A stretch of 60,360 nucleotides of DNA, filler included, from Platydemus manokwari (Eukaryota): NCBI GenBank assembly GCA_037951405.1. It is 5 parts of 5 records of this genome, joined end to end, with 100 filler letters (N's around TTAATTAATTAA, not from the genome) between each part and the next. Parts side by side here need not be neighbours in the genome. Positions count along the whole stretch, not along the records: positions 11,632 to 21,911 come from JBBMOY011149327.1; positions 22,012 to 34,216 come from JBBMOY010252226.1; 3 more parts are not named here. One strand, 5' to 3'. A program made the translations under genes and the position numbers. The notes under the pieces are model-generated. The model was given only the letters and a program-made list of their open reading frames with translations, searched no databases and was not told where the DNA came from. Shown here piece by piece: positions 13,005 to 25,103 of this stretch; the first letter of the stretch is position 1, and the number at the start of each line of letters is the position of its first letter.

Positions 13005-13022
13005 TGGCGTCACGAGCAGATT
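13005..13022 (+). promoter_or_regulatory. Primer-binding site complementary to the tRNA-Ser 3' end
   Basis: TGGCGTCACGAGCAG immediately after the LTR terminal CA; near-complement of the tRNA-Ser(CGA)-type 3' end (...CTGTTCGTGACGCCA). Confidence 0.7.
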
Positions 13023-13039
13023 TAGAAATAGTTCGATTA

Positions 13040-13570
13040 ATTTTCAAGGAAACTGTTACTTTTAATGGTGAAAATGAGGAATAATTTCTATCATCAGTGG
13101 ATAAATATGCAGAAGCAATGCGGATTCCGGAAAATCTTAGAATCAAATTCATATCAAATTATGCAGACGCTGGTGTAAAGATGGAAATAAATTCTAATTT
13201 AAGTAACACAGGATAGTCATCTTCGATTAAGAAAATTCTTGTCGATATATACAAGAAGAAATCAGCACTGACAACATATATAATGGCGGTCGGAGTCCAT
13301 TAAAGACTTTTCAAGAAGATTTAAAATTTCCATGGTTGGAATTGATATCAAGATTAAGGAAGAGGTTTCCAAGAAGATATTCATCAAAGGGCTTCTTAAT
13401 AAGAGGCAGTTGAACCCCAAGAATATAGATGAAGCCGTCAGGCTTATCAAGGAAAAAACTAATGCCTCGAATCCGAAAATTTGAATATGTTGTGGGAACT
13501 GAAAAACATAAAATCAAATGAAAAGGATATCATTGACAGATTAAAGGCTGAGAATTGGTAACTTAATTGG
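13040..13570 (+). mobile_element. Degraded Gypsy gag remnant
   Basis: Interrupted peptide FNGENEE*FLSSVDKYAEAMRIPENLRIKFISNY...ESIKDFSRRFK...IFIKGL directly downstream of the PBS; retrotransposon-gag-like. Confidence 0.6.
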
Positions 13571-13599
13571 TAACAGAAATTTTAAACATTCATTTAAAC

Positions 13600-14070
13600 C
13601 AGTGATTTCCAAAGTGGTGCCGCATGGATCCAGAGGGTCGATGGTGAATACAAGCTCATTTGGGGGCGATAATACTATAAGAATGTAAGAAAATGATTAA
13701 TAAAAATTTTGATGGATCTCGTTTGCTCAAAACGCTTAATTTGTATTTAAACAACGTACTGTATGTTCTCACTAAAATTTTTAAACTATGTGTAATCGCG
13801 CACTCAATGCTACTGCATGTGCGCTTTGTCGTTTGCAACGTCGAAGTCTGGTAGTAGAGCGATAGTATTTCCGGGATTCCCAGTAATGATTAACTGAAAT
13901 AAAACTAAAAGAAAGGTTAGTTTGTTGTGATATTTAGTAGAAGTTAAAATTAAGTAACAAAAGATAATAGCATTAAGATTTTTTATAATTTGCTACTAAA
14001 AGCTAAAAAAATTGTGTGGGTTAGTTTGGGGACGCCACGTAATATTTATTCTGAAAAGGGGGTTCGATAA
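13600..14070 (+). mobile_element. hAT (Charlie-like) non-autonomous element, left end; right TIR not found
   Basis: Begins CAGTGATTTCCAAAGTGG after atttaaac; interrupts the Gypsy gag remnant. Confidence 0.45.
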
Positions 14071-15652
14071 AATTTCTACAACATACATATTGTGAAATTA
14101 AAATAATCTGACATTTATTCAACTATTATTGAAATGTGAAAATCGAAACATAGTGATGAATTTCATTTCAATAATCAAAGAAACTTTTATTATAGCAGAT
14201 ATTCATCGACACTTCAAAGATTGGACATAAAAGTAATACAGTCATTTGTAGAAAATAGATAAATTGGCATAAGTGTTAAGAAAAGGGATCCTTTGAACTA
14301 CTTGCGTTATAATGAATTTTCGCGCAAGAGTTAATTTTATAACTTAATTTTATATATAATTGTGACCTTTGATGTTTTTTATAATTCATTTATTATTTCA
14401 CCTTTTAGGATGTCTAAAATGGACAAATATGGACAAAATATGATTTTAGAACTGTTGGATTATATCGGTAAATGTATCAGAGTTTTAATAAGATTAAAAG
14501 TGTCTTAACGTAAAAGGTTAATTGGCTATGTTTGAAGATTTTATTATATTACTGAACTCTTTTTATTTATAGTGCATCCGACTCCAAAAGATGTATTTTT
14601 ATAAATATGAAAGATATAAAAAGAACAGATTGTAAATAAAATAACAATTAAGATATATAACTTTATAATTTACTAGAATGAAATTAAAAATCCGGCACCT
14701 ATTCAGATACAAGTTAATTTTTTTAATCTATTTTTGGCATTATTAAATTATATTTATATATTTTCTAATTTTATCAGGGTTTTTGTGCCTGGATATTGAA
14801 AAACTTTTATATACTTTCATTATTTTTTATTTCGGGCTATTTCCGTATCTAACAAATCTATACCTCTCGATAAAATAGCCTCCAGTAGGAGTTGGATTTA
14901 TATCACAGCTGATTATTGCACACAAATTACCATTCATTTTAATTGTTGATAACTGTAAGCCGATACAATTTTATAAAGCACGTATTAAAAACGATTTATA
15001 AATTGTTTTATAAATAATTCATATTTTTTCTATAACTTAAACACCTAATTTTCCTACTCTTCTATAACTTCATGTCATGGATTTTCTACAATCTAATCCC
15101 AATGCACGTTCGCATACAAGAGTAAATTAGGAAATGTATATGATTGAGAACAGAAAAGAACTGTATATAGTTGATATAAGGTGATATTCAAAACTACAAC
15201 AAGTAGCAAAACATTAGTGAGAGAAACTGATAGTAAGTTCTCTTTCCTTGATTTTTGGTTTAAATATGAATTAAACTGGTGTGATGAAGTGGGAAATTTT
15301 GAATGAAAATATGAATGATGCTTATCGATAAAACAAAGAACACAATAATTTGTTAATTAGAGTTAGGTATTGATTAGCTTCACAAACATCGACCGTAGCG
15401 AAATGAGAACAAATATAATATTATAATCAATATTCAAACAATTCAATGATTATTACTGGGAATCGTTACAAATTCAACAAGTTTAAACCAAAATAATGAA
15501 ACAAGTAACCTAGATGAACTATATCACATATAGTGCTAAATGTTTATGACCTAGATTATGATTGACCGACATCGTTATATTGTGCATGTACTAACTCAAC
15601 CGTATAAATATTCATATAAACAACAACTTTATCAGCAACATTGCTAGATTCC

Positions 15653-17142
15653 ATGATGAATATCAATGTGAATGATATTGAAAACTTGGAACAGTTGGAA
15701 ATTAATGATTTGAAAGAAGACACAATTAAAATAAATGTATACATTGAAGCTCTAAAAACATGGGTGCAATCAATGCCTCATCTCCACTGTCCGATAAGTA
15801 TTTATTATTTCATTTTTATATCTCAACAGTTGATTAAGATGATCGAGAATTTTATTTGAAGTTTCTACGAATTTCTAAATTCGATTTACAAAAAGCTAAA
15901 AGACAATTGGATAATTTCTGTACAACCAGATATTCCGTGAGGGGTTCTCCTCAATATTTTAAATACAATGATATCGACAATGAAATGATTGAACGATTTT
16001 TCAAATTAAAGTAGAGATGTGATTAATAAATAAATGATGCTGATTTATTTAGAATAATGAATCCTCTAGACAGAAATGAAGAAGGGCAGTCTTTCGTGTT
16101 ATTTACACTAAGTAACATGATCAGTGCATTTATAAAGATTTAAATAAAAGAAATCATAAAATTATTATGTGAATATAATCAATTTGTAATTTCATTTACA
16201 GAAAATTGGGATCTTGATATCATTCCACTTGTTCAATGGACAAATATTGTTTTCATGCTATACGATATAATTATGTATGAAGAATCGACAGAAATGCTGG
16301 GGTTAAAAATAATTGTTGATTTTTCGAATGCATCCGAAAAAGTGGCAAAAGTGTGGACTGATCCAAAATATATCATGCAAATACTAAGAATTTTGCAAGT
16401 AAACTTACGATAGCCTTCTTGATATCTATCATGTTTATGAAAAAATATAGGATGCGTATCCATGGAGATTGAAATCAATAATTTTCTACAATGCAGATGA
16501 ATATTTTAATTGGTTTTGCAAAATATCTTATTTTTATTCAAATGAAGAAATGAAAAACCACGTAAATTAATTGTTTAAATGATTGGCAAATTTTATTATC
16601 TTTATTTATTATAAAATATATGAAAAGTTTAACATTAACAGCAAAAATAATTAAGGATGATAATAAAAATAAATAAAGATAACCTTGAAGAAAACGTAAA
16701 TATAATTTATAAAAATATTAATCTCTGATTCAAATAAACAGACAGGACTTTTTCAAATCTTTAATATTCATTTAACTCCTACGATATTATCTCAAATAAT
16801 CTATCCGAGAAACTGATCGTAATTATAACTTCAATTTCAGTTGTTGATATTCAAGAAAGACGAATTGAATAAATTGCATGAAATTGATGGATTGAAAAAT
16901 CTGTTACCACCTGAATTAGGTGGACTCGGAAATGTATTGGAATCACATGCAGGTTATTTATATTCATGTATTTGTATTATCTGATAATTATATCAAATAT
17001 AGAGAAATGGAAACAGAAATTTCTTAACTACTACAAGGATAGAAATCCGTGGGGATGTATTAGTGTTGATGAATCGAAACGTTCGGAAGATACCTTAAAA
17101 TACCTGATCGATTATCCCGAATATGAAGATGCCAAGCTATGA
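15653..17142 (+). CDS. CRAL-TRIO domain lipid-binding protein (alpha-tocopherol transfer protein/clavesin-like)
   Basis: Seven exons in frame with GT-AG junctions: 15653-15797, 15839-16010, 16053-16111, 16202-16398, 16451-16561, 16841-16952, 17003-17142. Motifs LKTWVQSMPHL, FYLKFLRISKFDLQKA, GLKIIVDFS, DAYPWRLKSI, LLPPELGG and VDESKR. Mostly missed by the ORF track. Confidence 0.9.
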
Positions 17143-17469
17143 TTAGGAATAAGTTTGAAGTAAAATGAAAATATGACAGTAGAGAATATTTCCAATTTGA
17201 TATTCAACTCGACATCTGTTTTGTGATTGATATAATTGTTAAATAATATGGGTGCTGATTATTTTATGTTTTAATTTGGAATTAATAAGAATAAATAATT
17301 ATCTTGATGATATATACTTCAAGTCATAATCTTTTTCCCATTTAATTTCCTTAAAAAATTCACTATTATAAATAACAACAAAATTGTAAATTGATTATAT
17401 TTACATAATAATTTATAATTTCTTTTATTTACTTGGTGACAATAATACAAATGATTTTCTTGCTTTATT

Positions 17470-17710
17470 TATTCTCAGTAGAGTCACTATTCTAAACGAA
17501 AATGATTCGTCAACATCATTTATTTGTCAATCATTTCTGTGGTGATTTAAAATCGTTTCAAAGATTTCATTGTCGATATCATTGTGCTTGAAATATTAAG
17601 GCGAACCCTTCATACAATACTTGATTGTACAAAAAATTATCCAATTATCTTTTAATTTTATGTAAATCGAATACCGAAACTCGTGGAATCTTTAAACTGT
17701 TTTATCTTTT
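17470..17710 (-). pseudogene. Inverted, diverged fragment of a CRAL-TRIO paralog (exon 2, intron, start of exon 3)
   Basis: Reverse complement contains ttcgatttacataaaattaaaagataattggataattttttgtacaa...caatgatatcgacaatgaaat, aligning to ~15860-16070 of the intact gene, with in-frame stops. Confidence 0.8.
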
Positions 17711-17739
17711 CAATATAAATAAATAAATCTCCATTCTTC

Positions 17740-20700
17740 TCAAAACAAGACATGAATTACGAACCTTGTACAACCAGGTTGAACAATTGTTATATTTTGG
17801 TTGATTTACTGCTCTCATTCACGAAATCATTAAAGTTCAGCTGTTGGCGCTATTTTTTGAATTATTTCAAGACAGACGCTATGTGTAATGAGATTGATAC
17901 GCTAATTGGGTTGGTTAGAAAAACAACCAAAAATCTTCACGGAAACTATGTAAAAAACTCTCAAAAGATTAATACACATCATGTGAACAAGCGGATAAGT
18001 AACTAGGCGATCAGATTCAATCCATATTTAGAATACCAAATTAACTGGTGAATACTCTGCACCACTCATTCGATACAAAAACAATCTAAATAAAACTGAA
18101 GATCGAACTCGACGAAGTGAAAAATCTAAGAAATCTTATCAAAATAATAATTATAACTCTAATCTTGTTCACTCTTCTAGATTAGATCCTGCCAGATTTA
18201 CCACTTCAAATTCGAACACAGATAGTATCCATACCGCAACCCAGAGCATCCAGTTTAGAGGTCTACCTGCGCATGAATTTTATTACGAAAGCGAAAAGCC
18301 AGAAACCTCTATGGATCTAGTTCTAAAAATTTTATTTTATATTATCTTTAATTAATATTTCCAACATCACCGAATTTACTAATTTATTGAATGTTAATAA
18401 TATATCTCTAAATAATTTTAATTCGAATACTTGAATTATCTACAATTGACCCCATTTTATCATCACAACTAAACAAACCCTTAATTGACCTTGATGCCCA
18501 CGATACCTCATTCTCTAACAGCAATATATCCAAAAACAATAAAGAAAGCAGATTCAAATTTAACTGACCAATCAACACAAACCCCATGATGGAAATAGAT
18601 AATATCACTCTGGTACATTACCAAAAACCAATTTTATCCTCAGATAACCTGAACCAAGATGATTTGATTTCCTTTATTGTCGTAGAAACAAGCGGCTTAG
18701 ATCCCGATGACATTCACCTATCATCATCTGACATTGACACAGGTATTATCCAACATATCCCTACCACCGAAATCAAACCCACCATGACCAACAGTGATAT
18801 CCAGACCAATCTATATGAAGGCGTACCATCCCTTAACACTCGTATGCTCATGCTTGACAACAAATCTGCCACCTGCACATTATGTGATAAGGACTACTGC
18901 TATCCTTTTTCCAATAATAACAATGTCTCCAAACATTACGTAGATAAACACCACAAAGATATTCCCAATAATTTCACCGTACTCTGTCACTGCAGATACC
19001 TGGGGAACTTCCTTACCTTAAAAACCCACAATGGTGAGGACAAAACCTCCACCCATAACAATTGTCCAGAGTCCACCTTTGAAGCCCAGATGACCTCTCC
19101 GTTAAATGACTATCGAGATCAGTCATTGAAGCATTTATCCAATCTAAGATCCCTGCCCCTACCGAACAAGTCTTTAATAAGCCAAAACCTGCAATAGCAA
19201 TTATTGAGAACGACTATAAAACCTTTTTACCAATCTTTCCCGTTTTACAACCTGGCCTCATGGGAAATTGCTTATTGGCTCATTCATTGAAACAACAACC
19301 ATTGGAACGTTAAAAAAATAGATACCATCAAGTCCGCATCATTTTTTAGAAATTCCAATACCTTTTTCTTAAGTGATGTCCAGAAATTACTATGGACCAC
19401 CCTTGACGCTTTTTTTCAAAATCTAAAGGCAATTAGGTCCAATATTGCCATCACTCAATTCATTATTCCCAGCCTACAATGCGGACTGCGGTCTATTTGT
19501 GATCCAACACATTCTCGACTTCTGTCAACCACCAAGCTTCTATTCCCCATCACTACCAGACCTTAGGAATGAAATAAATCAAACTATCTCCAATATCTTA
19601 AAATTTAGAAATTCACATACAACGATTGTGTCAATATTAAAAGACGCCCTAAAACTACTTGAAAATGAGTCTCCCGACCTCACCGAAGCACTTTCAATGG
19701 CCCGTTAAGCAATCACCACACTAGAACCAACACGGTTCCACAATGGGCAATCCATCAAACCATCAGAGCTACATTTCAATACCCCACAATCTTCAGACTT
19801 CAAACTCCGTCAACATTATACACTTCAACTCAAGAAAACAATAAAGCAACTACTCCCGTCCTGCTCTGCACTCTCATTATCATCAATGGAAAATATTATT
19901 AATCATTTTACTATTCCACCCCTTCCTCCTACCCCTATCAATTTTAACCCATCTCTCCCGAATAAAATTGACAACGGTAACCTCAAAATGATTACAATAG
20001 AAGATGTCGTTAATTGCTTTAAGAGTTTATCAAACTCCGCCCGGGATGTGATGGATTAGAATAAGATAAATCCCCAACACACTTATCTAATGACACTATT
20101 TAATAAAATACTATCCAGCAAATACATCCCGAAACAATGAACTACATGTAAGATCAGTCTTATGTTGAAACCCGGAATAAACACCACATCACATATATTC
20201 CTAATGACCCAAAGCACTCACGGACACATGATATATGATTTTTGCCACTATTCTAAACAATAGACTCCTCAACTGGATAACCTCGGGAAATCTGATTTCA
20301 CCTAACCAAAAAGCAATACTTGGACTCACCCCCGCATCGCTAGAATATTATATTCAAATAGTAGTGTGTGCCTCTAGGTTTTTCACCAGCCTTGATGACA
20401 ACTTCCTTGAATTCATTGTGTCCCATCTTCTCTTTATATTTGGACAAAGACTCGAATCCTCACATCCAGTCAATATAGACACAGCGCTTTCACGGATTAG
20501 CGATAATATCCCTTCATCCAAATACCCTTCTTCTACCTGGTGGACCAAAATCCGATTCGCAGTACGGAAGCTTAGAAAACACAACATCAATATCTAATTC
20601 CTTTCACACGAAATTGAAACTAAAATGACCACAGGTAACGACTTAATCTACTTTTTCCCTATCGGAAATCGCTATAAACTTTGTGATATCTTACACAAAG

Positions 20701-21820
20701 CCTTTCAAATTATAACCAGTGGAAGACCCTCAAAAAACAAGGTCATCTGGTGCATTGTTTCTCCGCCTCAACACACTCCCAGAAACCTCTCAACAATTGT
20801 CAATCTCCGCAGAAGTCTGGATATTCACACACTGGACCTGCAACAATCTCCTACTACTGAAATTCTCTCCTTGCTTCATTAAATACAACAAATCCATTTT
20901 ATGCCGGTACTACAAGACTGAACCCGAGACCGCTGCCCATGTTTTCATACACTGCCTCACAATACCCAGAAAATGTAGTAAACGCCACACCATGATTCTG
21001 GAATTTTATAGGAAAATATCTACAGTCCTTCGAGATTAAAACCGATATAGATTCGACAACATTTGAGATTGATACTAGGCTCAGACTTGACTTAATCACC
21101 AGAAGCAACGCGAATAAACACACATTTGAAATTGACCTAAAAATGCCCTATGGCATGGATACAAATCTACATTGTTCCTTAAACTAAGATCAATATAAAA
21201 AGTAACAAGACAAATAGCAATCACCAATAGACACTAAATAGCACTACATGTTCAAAATATAGGGGTATTAGGTTCATGGAACCCTCATTACGATAAAATA
21301 CTAAAGTCAATCGGATTAGACATTAAACAAAAAAACTTACTGTCTTCACTTATAGTTACAGGACTTTTAAGAGACGCCTATGCCACCTATACTCCCCACA
21401 CAAGCCAAAACAGACTTAAACTAAAACGCCCCCTAATACAATAAGCCCAAATCCGCTACCTTAATCATTCCATAAAAACTCACCACTCGTCTAAACTATC
21501 ATAACTCATTATCACTTCATACTCATACTTAATTAACCATTGTCAACTTAACTATAAATCTTGATCTTATTAATTACTAAACTATAATTAAAATTAAATA
21601 TCCCACTAAACCACCAAAACTTTAAGTTCAATATAATTAACTATAATCATTACCAAAATTTTATATTTCATCCTTAATAACCTAACATCAATCTTAATCT
21701 TAAAATTTATTATTGTCTTTAATTAATTTTAAAATAAATTTACATTTTCTTCATTTTTTTACACATTTCTAAATATCTATACAAAATCTTCGCCAAAGTT
21801 TTTTTAAATAAATTAAACAA
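17740..21820 (+). mobile_element. Degraded RLE-type non-LTR retrotransposon with Ulp1-like protease (NeSL/R5-type)
   Basis: Domain order: C2H2 finger CTLCDK...KHYVDKH; protease motifs NNNHW..KID (~19300) and YNADCGLFV (~19484); RT N-terminus (NSA/PG-DG, ILNNRLLNW, ISPNQKA); large RT deletion; CCHC remnant CRYYKTEPETAAHVFIHC and RH; RLE RLDLI..EIDLKMPY; GVLGSW; AT-rich 3' UTR. Many stops and frameshifts. Confidence 0.85.
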
Positions 21821-21837
21821 CTAACTCTACTTCATTC

Positions 21838-21911
21838 TATTAGGTTGGTGCAAAAATAATGGCCTTTTTTAAATTGGCTTTTCATTTTTAAATATTAAAT
21901 TGAAGATCTTA
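21838..21911 (+). mobile_element. Mariner terminal inverted repeat truncated by gap
   Basis: TA followed by TTAGGTTGGTGCAAAAATAATGGC, a classical mariner TIR. Confidence 0.75.
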
Positions 21912-22011
21912 NNNNNNNNNNNNNNNNNNNNNNNNNNNNNNNNNNNNNNNNNNNNTTAATTAATTAANNNNNNNNNNNNNNNNNNNNNNNNNNNNNNNNN
22001 NNNNNNNNNNN
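21912..22011. other. Assembly gap with artificial linker
   Basis: Ns, TTAATTAATTAA, Ns. Confidence 0.97.
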
Positions 22012-22470
22012 TTTATTGAAAAATTCATAGATCAAATAAAGATAAAGTGGAATGAGTTAAATTGTATGAATGTTAGGATCCATGTAAACAAATACCAGTA
22101 CATGATAAATACAACGAGGGGAACAATTGATAAGGAAATAGATATCAATGAAATAATTTACATAAGCATGTGATACTATGAGAGAAGTAAATTAAAGTTA
22201 ATAATTCATAGAGAAAAAATGGAAATGAATCCAGCAGCAATAAAATTAAGGTCAATTAACAAATCATTAATTAGCCAGGTTACTGAAAAAATTAGTCAAC
22301 GAATACCAATGAGAATGAAAATGATTCCTACAACAAAGAAGGCACCAGTAGAAATAAAAGGATTAATAGAACTTGTAAATATAATAGGAGTTGTAATATT
22401 AAGTATAATCACAATTCTAATCGTTATTTTAGTGTTGTATAGATCACCATCCTTTGGCAAACCTTGTTAA
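22012..22470 (+). pseudogene. Gap-truncated reading frame with C-terminal transmembrane helix (unidentified; possibly env-like)
   Basis: 153 codons from the gap edge with a single internal TGA; ends IIGVVILSIITILIVILVLY-RSPSFGKPC*. Confidence 0.35.
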
Positions 22471-23148
22471 GCAAAAATGAAAGATGATTCTTGTATATAT
22501 AAACAATTTAAGTGTATACTGTATAGAAATGGTATAAATTGAATAATTTGAAAATAATTAGTATGAATGCTTATAAATGTATAAAAGTAGTTTAAGGTTG
22601 ATAAATAGGAAATAATTTTAGAATTGTAAATACACAGTACATAACTGAATGAGCAATGATAATTGTAAATACTTAAGTTAAATATATTTATATATGTGTA
22701 TGTAGAATTAAATGTGTAAGAATTCCCATAATAATTGAGATAGGGGAAAATCTCCCTTTCGATGTTTCTGTTTACAGTTTACCATTCTCCGACATCCCAG
22801 CGGGTCTGGATTTACGATAGCTCGTAATATATCTAATACCCCCAATCAACCCCAAGACGAACAGTCAATCTTCGTTTAGAACATCAGAAGCCATAAATCA
22901 AACAAATTTGGTTTTCTACAGCCAGTATCCCTAAGTCGAACCTGAGTTTCAATTCCCGAGAAATTTAACCAATCATAGTGACAGCATCAAAAAGCAATTT
23001 CTTGTCGCCGATAACCCAGAAGAACATAGCAAAAAACCCATTCCCAAACAAGCAGTCCATTCAAAACGTGAGGACACGTTTTCTTGATTTATGCATGTTT
23101 GGAATGTATTGAAAATCACAACGAAAAACTGATATTTATAAAGAATAA

Positions 23149-23802
23149 TTATATTTGTTTTTCAAAAAAATATCTTGTAATTTTATTAAAAATCATTACT
23201 CGGAACAGCACCACGGTTTTCATTATTTTAAATTTATTCTTTTTGTAAAATCGTATCGCTTCTTGTAAATCACTGCCAGTGGTCAATTTCATCACTTTAT
23301 AATTTAGTCGCTGACCTTCTGCAATGATTGCTTCTAAAAGAACAGTTCCATATCCACTATCTCGATAATTTGTCTCAATATACACTCGTTTAAGTTCACA
23401 AATCGATATACCGTTTCCAGGAATTATTCCAGCGACACCGATTAATTTAGAAGAGTTATCAGTTATCCAATAAATTCCAATCATTGCACATCGCGGTTGT
23501 TGCCAAAATTTCAGAAAATCATCACTATCAATTTGATAATTTATACGCTTTTTGTAGAAAATAAATATTTGAATCGACACATAAATGATCACCACAGAAT
23601 AAGTGGAAATAAACGATAGAATGATTGAAATATTGAGTATATAAGAAACTAGTAATGCCAAGAGACATGAGACTGAAAATGTTCTATAGTTTGTCAATGA
23701 ATATTTCAAGAAACGACTACGTCCAAAAATATAGTTTTCAAATTGGTATCCCTTAGCTTGAGTGAGTTCCTCGACGGTGGTAAGCAACTTAGTAGAAATC
23801 AT
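23149..23802 (-). CDS. GNAT N-acetyltransferase, NAT8/camello-like with internal membrane segment (paralog A)
   Basis: Single-exon 217-aa ORF; hydrophobic stretch at ~aa 42-82; CELKRVYI, acetyl-CoA motif YRDSGYG, EAIRFYKKNKF. Confidence 0.88.
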   Translation of the reverse strand: MISTKLLTTVEELTQAKGYQFENYIFGRSRFLKYSLTNYRTFSVSCLLALLVSYILNISIILSFISTYSVVIIYVSIQIFIFYKKRINYQIDSDDFLKFWQQPRCAMIGIYWITDNSSKLIGVAGIIPGNGISICELKRVYIETNYRDSGYGTVLLEAIIAEGQRLNYKVMKLTTGSDLQEAIRFYKKNKFKIMKTVVLFRVMIFNKITRYFFEKQI

Positions 23803-24517
23803 CTAATAAATTATAAATTTAATATTTTCATTTTCATTTATCTCAAGTTATCACATAACAATTTTCGAATTCCACTTAAAACTTTGATCCTCTTTAAATA
23901 TCGAGTGGAATATTATTTAGTAAAATATGAAAATAATAATTTGAGATTATATGTATGAACTCATTTTATGATATTATTAGCGAAATCATATGGATTATGA
24001 TGATGTCAATGTGAGCATACTATTAAAATGAAACCTCGATCGTATAATAACAATGAAATATGAGTCCTGAAATCCCTTGAAGATACTCAATTCTCTACAA
24101 TAAATAAAAAGTTAATCACTCAGTTACTAAACAATTTATTCATGTTTTTTTCTAAAGAAAAATTTCATTAATTCTCTTTAATATTATAATGAATATTCAG
24201 CCAATAAACTTTTAATTAAGAGTTTATTATAGATAAATCAATATTTCGGCTTATGCTTTATGTGCGGATTTTCTGCGAGAATTAATTATTTTAATTCATC
24301 ATTTTTGATTCAATCCCTGCTTATCGGTCAAAAATAATGTTTTACGGGAATTGAAGATTTTCAATCAGCTGTTAAGATATGTTGACTGATCATTAAAGAC
24401 AAAACGAGAAATCGATTTATTTAATTTAACAGTATTTAAATTTAAATTTGAACTCAGATAGAAATTCGTTAATTGAGATATCATGCTTAAAGTGAATGCA
24501 ATTACCACCATTCAGAG

Positions 24518-25103
24518 CAGCGGTTCTCAAGTTTTTCTTCAGCGAGCCATTTTCCCATTTTTGAGATCCTGGCGATCCCAAAGAAAATCAATATTACTAA
24601 AAATGAAGAGTCCATATTTTAAAAATAATTAAAGATAAACAAGAGTGAATTCCAAAAGAATAAAGATAAGTTTAAAGATAAAAGAAATAAATTTATTTTT
24701 CTAAAAATAAATAATAAAGTATAAATTTTTTTTGTAGAAATATAAATCTATGAGCAACAACTTTGTTTTGATTTTTAGAGTCAGGTGATTAAGAGGATTG
24801 TTGTGCTCTACAGTCGGTAGACCCAACAAAAAGTCATAACTCACCATATTTAATAAAATCAATTTGCAACATTTCATTGATTTACAACAAGGAATGAATT
24901 ACATATAATAATAAGATAATAACATTACCCATAAAATACTTCACTGTAGTTGTCAAGGTAATTGTGAACAGAGGTTTAACATAAAACATCATTAAACACG
25001 ATTTTTCACATGCAATGGTTTGTACGCCTACCATAATTCAGTGATCTCTTTAAAATGTTGCCCACCCCATCTGGGATCGCCGTCTCGGAATTGAGACCCA
25101 CTG
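24518..25103 (+). mobile_element. hAT (Charlie-like) MITE with TIRs and 8-bp target-site duplication
   Basis: TIRs CAGCGGTTCTCAA ... TTGAGACCCACTG; flanks attcagag (24510-24517) and atttagag (25104-25111) match at 7 of 8 positions. Confidence 0.85.

Noticed and set aside
18097-18125. CTGAAGA-TCGA..TCGA-CGAAG as a 5' ribozyme of the RLE element (also CTGANGA hits at ~25486, ~25724, ~42658, ~49180)
   Set aside because: No correctly placed GAAA box, stem III or cleavage triplet.
22012-22470. Mitochondrial insertion (NUMT): the minus frame is hydrophobic and contains in-frame TGA codons
   Set aside because: It also has TAG/TAA stops and no recognisable cox/cob/nad/atp motif; the plus frame is more open. 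A BLAST against the mitogenome would settle it.
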